The translations under genes were made by a program, and so were the position numbers. From Promethearchaeota archaeon (GTDB lineage: Archaea > Asgardarchaeota > Lokiarchaeia > Sigyniarchaeales > SOKP01), in contig JBHLMP010000006.1 of the NCBI GenBank assembly GCA_048938025.1, positions 1 to 64,000 of the forward strand: 64,000 nt of DNA, read 5' to 3'. Below are positions 58,356 to 64,000 of this stretch, piece by piece; position 1 is the stretch's first letter; every line of letters begins with the position of its first letter. Under the pieces are notes generated by a model that saw only the letters and a list, made by a program, of their open reading frames with translations, was not told the origin of the DNA and did no database searches.

Positions 58356-60512
58356 TCAAATTGTTACTAGAACTAAAATATAATTTACTATTCCACCTAT
58401 TAATAAAGCAAGACCTATTTCAAGAGCAGATATTTGTAAGGCATATTTCCAATTAGTTTCTTTTGCGATTAATACTATTGTTGCAAAACAAGGGATATAA
58501 AGCATAGTAACTAAACTAAATACAACCATTTGGCTGGGTGATAATAATACTAAGAGACTTTTTCCCATAGAATTTGCTAAAACTGCTAGGAGTACTAGGG
58601 TTAATTCTTTTCTTAAAATCCCATAAATCAAAAAAATTCCTGTAATAACTGGTAAACCTAGCCAAAATCTTGTTATTGGTGATAAAATAAAATTTATAGG
58701 ATCTAACAAGCGAAACTTAAATACTATTTCTAAAATAATACCAGCTATAATTATAATAGGCAATGCTTTATAGACAAATTCTTTAGTTCTTATCCATGTT
58801 TGTTTTAAAATTACAGAGTAATTTGGTGCTCTGTATTCATGCATTTCCATAATTAATTCTGTACATTGACCTGGCATCACCTTATTCAGTATTTTTCCAA
58901 CAATAATTATAACTGAAAAATTTATTGAAAATAATATTAAAACCCAAATGATGCCTAGATATCGTCCAATCAAGCCCAAAACTACTGTCATAACCGCTGC
59001 ACACGGGATTAGGGAGGTCAAAGCAATTGAAATCTTTTTCTCTCTTTCAGTTTCCATAATCCTACAACCAGCACAAGCAGGAACATTACATCCGAATCCT
59101 AAGATCATAGGAATGATAGTTTTACCATGAACACCTATAAAATGCATAAATCTATCCAGGAGAAATGCTGCTCTAGGCAAATAACCGGAATCCTGTAGAA
59201 TCTCAATTATCAAGAAGAATGGAATAACATATACCAAAACACCACCAATAGCTCCAAAAAATCCACCAATACCACCATCCCAAAATATTAAAACCAATAG
59301 ATTTTGCTCACCATATGTCTGATAAATTTTATCACTCCACATAGTAAAAACCTCCTCAATCAATCCCCCGAAAAAGTTACCGATAAGAAAAGTAAATAGA
59401 AATATACCAATAAGTACTAATGCTAAAATTACATACCCCCAGAAATAATGAGTTGTTATATAATCAAATTTTTCAGTTAAAGAAATCTTCATTTTTTCTG
59501 AAGGCTTTACTATCATTGCTTTTTCAATAACTGTATGTATATTATTGTAGATTTCAGCCGAAATTATTGTGTTGATATCTTCACCATGATATTCCTCTAG
59601 TTCTTTACGATATTTATCAACTAATTCAAGAATACTGGATGTTTTTTCATTACTTTTGAATAATTTTTCTATTTCTTCATCGTTCTCTAAAATTTTAATC
59701 GCTAGAAATCGTGGAGGAAAATTATATTTTGAAAAGTATTCTTTATGAGTATCTATTTTCTTAATTAGGCTCTTAATTTTTATTTCAACTTCTTTTCCAT
59801 ATGAAAGTATAGAATTTAAATCTGGAAATTGAAATGTTTTTTTAGCTGAAATATTTTGTATACTTTCTTTTAGAGAATACCTTTTTAAATGTTCTTCGTG
59901 AGTCAGATGTTCATGGATTTCTTTTCCCCCTTGAATATAATGAAAGTGAGGATGATGATACACAACTAATTCTATAGCTTCTTCAAGTAATTGATGTACA
60001 CCTTTACCTTGAACTGCAATTATTGGAATAACAGGTAATTTAAAGATTCTTTCTAACTCTTCAAAATTAAGCTCAATATATCTTTTTCGTAAGAGATCCA
60101 TTTGATTAATGGCTAATATCATTGGTATTTTTAATTCTAATAATTGGAAGGTAAAGAATAAGTTACGTTCAAGATTTGTAGCATCTATTACATTAATGAT
60201 AATGTCCACTTCATCTGATACAAGATACTCTCTACTTACAATTTCTTCTAATGAATAAGTAGAAAGAGAATAAATTCCTGGTAAATCTACTATATTAAAA
60301 TGATAACCTAAAAAGCTTAAGTATCCTTCCATCTTCTCTACGGTTTTTCCTGGCCAATTTCCAATAGTTTGAGAGAGTCCCGTTAATTGATTAAATATTA
60401 CTGACTTTCCAACGTTCGCGTTACCAGCTAAAGCTATATTAATTGTATCCTTATACTTTTCTTTCTTTAACCCTAGTTTTTCTTCAGATTTATAACTAAT
60501 TGCTTTTCTCAC
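58356..60512 (-). CDS. feoB: Ferrous iron transporter B
   Basis: GNANVGKS, GNWPGKTVE, DLPGIYSL, NLERNL, DSGYLPR, GFGCNVP, LYIPC. Confidence 0.96.
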   Translation of the reverse strand: MRKAISYKSEEKLGLKKEKYKDTINIALAGNANVGKSVIFNQLTGLSQTIGNWPGKTVEKMEGYLSFLGYHFNIVDLPGIYSLSTYSLEEIVSREYLVSDEVDIIINVIDATNLERNLFFTFQLLELKIPMILAINQMDLLRKRYIELNFEELERIFKLPVIPIIAVQGKGVHQLLEEAIELVVYHHPHFHYIQGGKEIHEHLTHEEHLKRYSLKESIQNISAKKTFQFPDLNSILSYGKEVEIKIKSLIKKIDTHKEYFSKYNFPPRFLAIKILENDEEIEKLFKSNEKTSSILELVDKYRKELEEYHGEDINTIISAEIYNNIHTVIEKAMIVKPSEKMKISLTEKFDYITTHYFWGYVILALVLIGIFLFTFLIGNFFGGLIEEVFTMWSDKIYQTYGEQNLLVLIFWDGGIGGFFGAIGGVLVYVIPFFLIIEILQDSGYLPRAAFLLDRFMHFIGVHGKTIIPMILGFGCNVPACAGCRIMETEREKKISIALTSLIPCAAVMTVVLGLIGRYLGIIWVLILFSINFSVIIIVGKILNKVMPGQCTELIMEMHEYRAPNYSVILKQTWIRTKEFVYKALPIIIIAGIILEIVFKFRLLDPINFILSPITRFWLGLPVITGIFLIYGILRKELTLVLLAVLANSMGKSLLVLLSPSQMVVFSLVTMLYIPCFATIVLIAKETNWKYALQISALEIGLALLIGGIVNYILVLVTI

Positions 60513-60592
60513 GATTTAATTTTTTGAAAAATATAATAAAATAACCTTTTATTTTGAAAATTTAAGGCGTATGCTCTATATTATTAAAGAGT

Positions 60593-60883
60593 TTAGGTCC
60601 TTTCTTTTTTTACCATAATTTTAGATGCTAAACCTCTACCAATAACTAAACAAGACCCTTTAACAATTATTTCTATAGGTCCTCTAAAAAGGGCTGATCT
60701 TTTTTTTATCATTTTTACTCCCGGGATAATTCCTAAATTAGCAAGTCGCTTCTTTGCCATATAACCGGCATGTACTCTTAATACTATTACTTCTTCACCA
60801 TTTTGACAATTAGATAATCTATCAATTTGCCGGTATCTATGATGCCTTCTAGTAGAATAATTATTATGGATCAATTTCATCAT
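60593..60883 (-). CDS. feoA: Ferrous iron transport protein A
   Basis: KRLANLGIIPG, GPI, LVIGRGLASKI; directly upstream of feoB. Confidence 0.92.
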   Translation of the reverse strand: MMKLIHNNYSTRRHHRYRQIDRLSNCQNGEEVIVLRVHAGYMAKKRLANLGIIPGVKMIKKRSALFRGPIEIIVKGSCLVIGRGLASKIMVKKERT

Positions 60884-60923
60884 TAATATGCTTTAAATCC
60901 CTAAATATAATATTGAAAATGAA

Positions 60924-60949
60924 TATTTAAATTTTAGGTTTAACTAAAA
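60924..60949 (-). promoter_or_regulatory. DtxR/MntR-like operator adjoining the feoAB TATA box
   Basis: Palindrome TTTTAG-GTTTAA-CTAAAA at 60932-60949, next to minus-strand TTTAAATA at 60924-60931. Confidence 0.6.
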
Positions 60950-61224
60950 GCATTACTAGTATCTTGTAAAGAGAGTTATTTATGATTGTATAGGATAAGT
61001 AGTTTAACTTTTTAATAGAATTTAATTTTGTTTTAACACTGGAAATAATAAAATTATAATGAATTTAAAGATAAATAACTATACAAATATTAGATTGAAG
61101 ATCTCGAAATCACTCCCTTTTACTTAAAAATAAATGAAATCTTATTTTTGTTTATTTCTTATAAGAAGTATAAGCTTGAAAATTTTAACTTAAAACAGTT
61201 AGACCTGAAGCAATATGAATTGAA

Positions 61225-62373
61225 TTAAAACTCTTTATAATAAGAGATTAATGTATTTTTTATTTTTTCAAAATGTCCTAAATGCACCTTTAAGAGATCA
61301 TCTAATGTTTCTCGGAGTCCTGCCTCTTGTACTTTCTTTAAGATTTTAAAATATGGTGATTCTTTGAGATTTTTTTCTAAAGGTTGATTTATTTCTGTAC
61401 CTTTTAAGAGAAATTCGAGAGAGTCAACTTCTTTTACATTTATATTTTTTTGAATAATTTCTAACAACATTGTGTCAAAAGTAATCCTTAAAATAACTTC
61501 GTGATCAAAATCACCTGTTTTAGGCAATAGAACCTCCTTAAGAAGTGATATTGACTTTTGAAAGAGAGTAATTGAATCTTGTCCTAATTCTTTTATCTTT
61601 TGTCCAAAAGACCGATTCTTAGTAAGAGTGAGACATAAAGTAGCTAGTGTTTGATATTCGGCTACAAAATGAATAAAGCGTGCTTTTGTGTTGAGAATTG
61701 TGTCTTTTGATTCTTCTTCACCTAAAAGTTCACCTAAATTATCAATAGATTTTCTGAAATATGTTGCTATTTCTAAGAATTTATTTGCTGAAGCTTCATA
61801 ATCTTTGGCAGATAATAGAAGAAGTGCATTTTTTTCTTCTTGTTCATATAATTCATCAAATTTGTTAATTCTCATAACAGCTTTTAAAATCAATCGTTTT
61901 CCTAAATCTTTTTTAATACGAGAACGCTCATAAGCTTGTCCTGCTTTCAGAAGAAGAAGAGAAGAAGGGCTATGAAAGTCTTCTGGATCAGCTTTGATCA
62001 AATACTCAGAAGCTTTTTCCCAGCTTTCTCCAGCGGATTCCCAATCATTCATTTTATAAGAGAGATTTGCTAATCGCATGAGTAATTTAGCTGAGATTTC
62101 ATATAGCTTTAATTCTTCAGTCTTTCTAATTATTGATTTTAATCGATAAAGTGCTTGAATATTATTCTTAAATTGAGATATAATCTGAACAATTCTAATA
62201 AATAATTCATCTAATTTGATATAACTCCCTAAATCAATATAAATTTCAGCAGCTTTCTCATAAAGATCGATAGCTTCATCTCCTTTACCTTTATCAGCAA
62301 GATTCTCCGCTCTATCAATTAATTGAATTGCTTCTAATTCTCTATCATCGTTATATGTATTACTAAACACCAT
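61225..62373 (-). CDS. TPR-like alpha-solenoid protein (SNAP-like pattern)
   Basis: EAIDLYEKAAEIY, SAGESWEKASEYL, KAGQAYE, SANKFLEIATYF. Confidence 0.7.
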   Translation of the reverse strand: MVFSNTYNDDRELEAIQLIDRAENLADKGKGDEAIDLYEKAAEIYIDLGSYIKLDELFIRIVQIISQFKNNIQALYRLKSIIRKTEELKLYEISAKLLMRLANLSYKMNDWESAGESWEKASEYLIKADPEDFHSPSSLLLLKAGQAYERSRIKKDLGKRLILKAVMRINKFDELYEQEEKNALLLLSAKDYEASANKFLEIATYFRKSIDNLGELLGEEESKDTILNTKARFIHFVAEYQTLATLCLTLTKNRSFGQKIKELGQDSITLFQKSISLLKEVLLPKTGDFDHEVILRITFDTMLLEIIQKNINVKEVDSLEFLLKGTEINQPLEKNLKESPYFKILKKVQEAGLRETLDDLLKVHLGHFEKIKNTLISYYKEF

Positions 62374-62542
62374 ACTTTTTCAGCTTAAAAAGATAAAATG
62401 ATATTTTGATATATTTAAACCAGAAATTTTCTTTATTATATTTATATCAAGTAATTATCTAGTATTTTAATTTATAGAATTTAAATAAATAAACTCTTAT
62501 TTATACTTATTTATACAAATAATTAGATGAAGGTTAGACTTT

Positions 62543-63430
62543 TTATTGATGATAAAAGAGCTTAATATTTCGATTTTTAACTATTTTTTTAAATTCGAAG
62601 CTTTGGTAAGCAGATGAGAATGATTCTTTAGCATCTTCTATAGCTCCATAAAAAATGAAATTAGAAAACCATGTTGCAATAGACATTATACTAGCTCTTC
62701 TATAACGTGTATGGAATTTAATATTTAGACGCGGTGATGAATATTGAAATAAGAATAGATTAGGTGCTGTGCCAACTGGAAGTTCTAGTGATGAACTAAT
62801 TAAGCGTTGAGTTTCTAATATATGGGCTAAACTCTCCAAATTAATAACACCTCCATCAATCCAAATCTTTTTAACTCCTAAGTCTTTTAAACCTTCCAAG
62901 AGATTTACATTATTAGGTTGGTTTTTTTCCGTAATGTAAGCATATCTTTGAGTAGACGTCATATTTTCAGAGCTTATTATTAAAACCACTACTGAAAGTA
63001 TTTTATATTTCTGAATTATTTTTAATTCTTTATCGTTCTTTAAATTCGAAATGGTATTATAAATATATTGGTCGGGTTTAATACCTCTTTCATTAAGATA
63101 TTCGACTCCACAAATTCTAGACTCAAAATTTCCACCTAATACAAAAGGAGGATTAAAATGTTTCAAATAAAAAGCTAGATAACTAATCATAGCCTTGGGT
63201 GTAGATGCGGATATTTCAACTAAATTAGGTATTTTGTATTGATTTGATAATGAAATTTGTGTATTTATTGACTTTAAAGCTTTTCTCTCATCGAAAATTT
63301 CACTATTCTTACGATTAACAAACGATTGACCTTGATAAAAAAGTGTCCCTATTAATACAGGGGGTAAATCAAAACTCCCTCGACCTACTTTTATGTGTCC
63401 GTAGGAATAAAATTTTGATTCTTTCATCAT
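62543..63430 (-). CDS. Divergent MtrH-like (tetrahydromethanopterin methyltransferase subunit H family) protein
   Basis: PVLIGTLFY, FDE.KA...IN.Q..LS, IYNTIS, LPVGTAPN, FIFYGAIE. Confidence 0.7.
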   Translation of the reverse strand: MMKESKFYSYGHIKVGRGSFDLPPVLIGTLFYQGQSFVNRKNSEIFDERKALKSINTQISLSNQYKIPNLVEISASTPKAMISYLAFYLKHFNPPFVLGGNFESRICGVEYLNERGIKPDQYIYNTISNLKNDKELKIIQKYKILSVVVLIISSENMTSTQRYAYITEKNQPNNVNLLEGLKDLGVKKIWIDGGVINLESLAHILETQRLISSSLELPVGTAPNLFLFQYSSPRLNIKFHTRYRRASIMSIATWFSNFIFYGAIEDAKESFSSAYQSFEFKKIVKNRNIKLFYHQ

Positions 63431-63567
63431 AAAACATCATTTTGGGTCTTGCCATTTTTCGGAGGATATAATTAGATATACTTCAATTAATTCAAATATT
63501 GCTTGAACATCTTTAAAACAAGATATAGCGGCTATTATCTTTAAAATTATAAAATTTATCTAAGCTA

Positions 63568-63855
63568 TTAAACAATTCTGTCTTTAGGTTTTCTTGTTTT
63601 TTTAATCTTTAACTTAATATCATGTTCTGAGATAAGCCAGACTAATACATCATAAGGTATCTTACGAAAATAGATTTCTGCCGCTTTTTCTCTGACTCGC
63701 TCTTTGTTCGTTAACCTTGGATCTCGTTGAACAAGTAATTCTCGTTCGGCGAGCATCCAACATAAATTGTCATATGTGTAGTTCCTTTGTGAAAGATAAT
63801 ATGCAGCAACATTAATTTGATCTTCTAAATCTATTTCTTTTCCACTCATTTTCAC
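63568..63855 (-). CDS. Small protein with two DUF2934-like repeats
   Basis: INVAAYYLS...CWMLAEREL and VREKAAEIY...VWLISEHDI. Confidence 0.65.
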   Translation of the reverse strand: MKMSGKEIDLEDQINVAAYYLSQRNYTYDNLCWMLAERELLVQRDPRLTNKERVREKAAEIYFRKIPYDVLVWLISEHDIKLKIKKTRKPKDRIV

Positions 63856-64000
63856 TCATTTTTATAAAATTTAATTTTTACTATGATTGCATTTTTTTTA
63901 TTGAAGGTCAAGTTTGACACCACATTTTTTACACTGAGAATCTAATAATTTAACAAAGCAATCTTCATGGTATAGTTGACCACATTCTGGGTTACCACAT

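Noticed and set aside
1135-59130. Many short antisense or overlapping ORFs in the track (e.g. 1135-1350, 5537-6016, 12328-12618, 18996-19283, 36827-37135, 40297-40662, 54989-55369, 58948-59130)
   Set aside because: They lie within or opposite well-supported genes and show no recognisable motifs
63431-63565. Open frame upstream of the MtrH-like gene joined by an in-frame TGA-TGT (possible Sec extension)
   Set aside because: No canonical start or SD, no SECIS-like element seen downstream, and the MtrH-like domain begins normally at the ATG
1-64000. tRNA, rRNA, transposase, integrase or prophage genes
   Set aside because: No GC-rich structured RNA stretches or recombinase motifs were recognised by eye; a tRNAscan/Infernal run would be needed to exclude them formally

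Overview
AT-rich (roughly 30% GC by eye), gene-dense archaeal chromosome segment, most consistent with an Asgard archaeon (Lokiarchaeia-like). The assignment is inferred from a roadblock/LC7 protein, several longin-like proteins, a Rab-like small-GTPase derivative, an MtrH-like protein, TTTAAATA-type TATA boxes, oligo-T terminators and frequent TTG/GTG starts. Most genes are metabolic or stress related: IorAB, acyl-CoA ligase, S1P-lyase-like enzyme, nitroreductases, methyltransferases, GH57, maltokinase, GHMP kinase, FeoAB and Pcm. I saw no rRNA, tRNA, CRISPR array or transposase. The main leads are: (1) three paralogous single-pass receptor-like proteins with a large ectodomain and a cytoplasmic longin-like domain, alongside a soluble longin protein and a pseudo-GTPase/roadblock pair; (2) an unannotated 33/36-aa membrane micropeptide with an in-frame TGA three codons before TAA and a SECIS-like hairpin just downstream (candidate selenoprotein); (3) a Stay-Green (Mg-dechelatase) homologue; (4) a stalked substrate-binding protein flanked by a 213-bp degenerate direct duplication; (5) a structured leader ahead of a methyltransferase cluster; (6) apparent ATC/ATT start codons; (7) a collapsed sulfatase remnant. 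All family assignments come from motif recognition by eye, not database searches.
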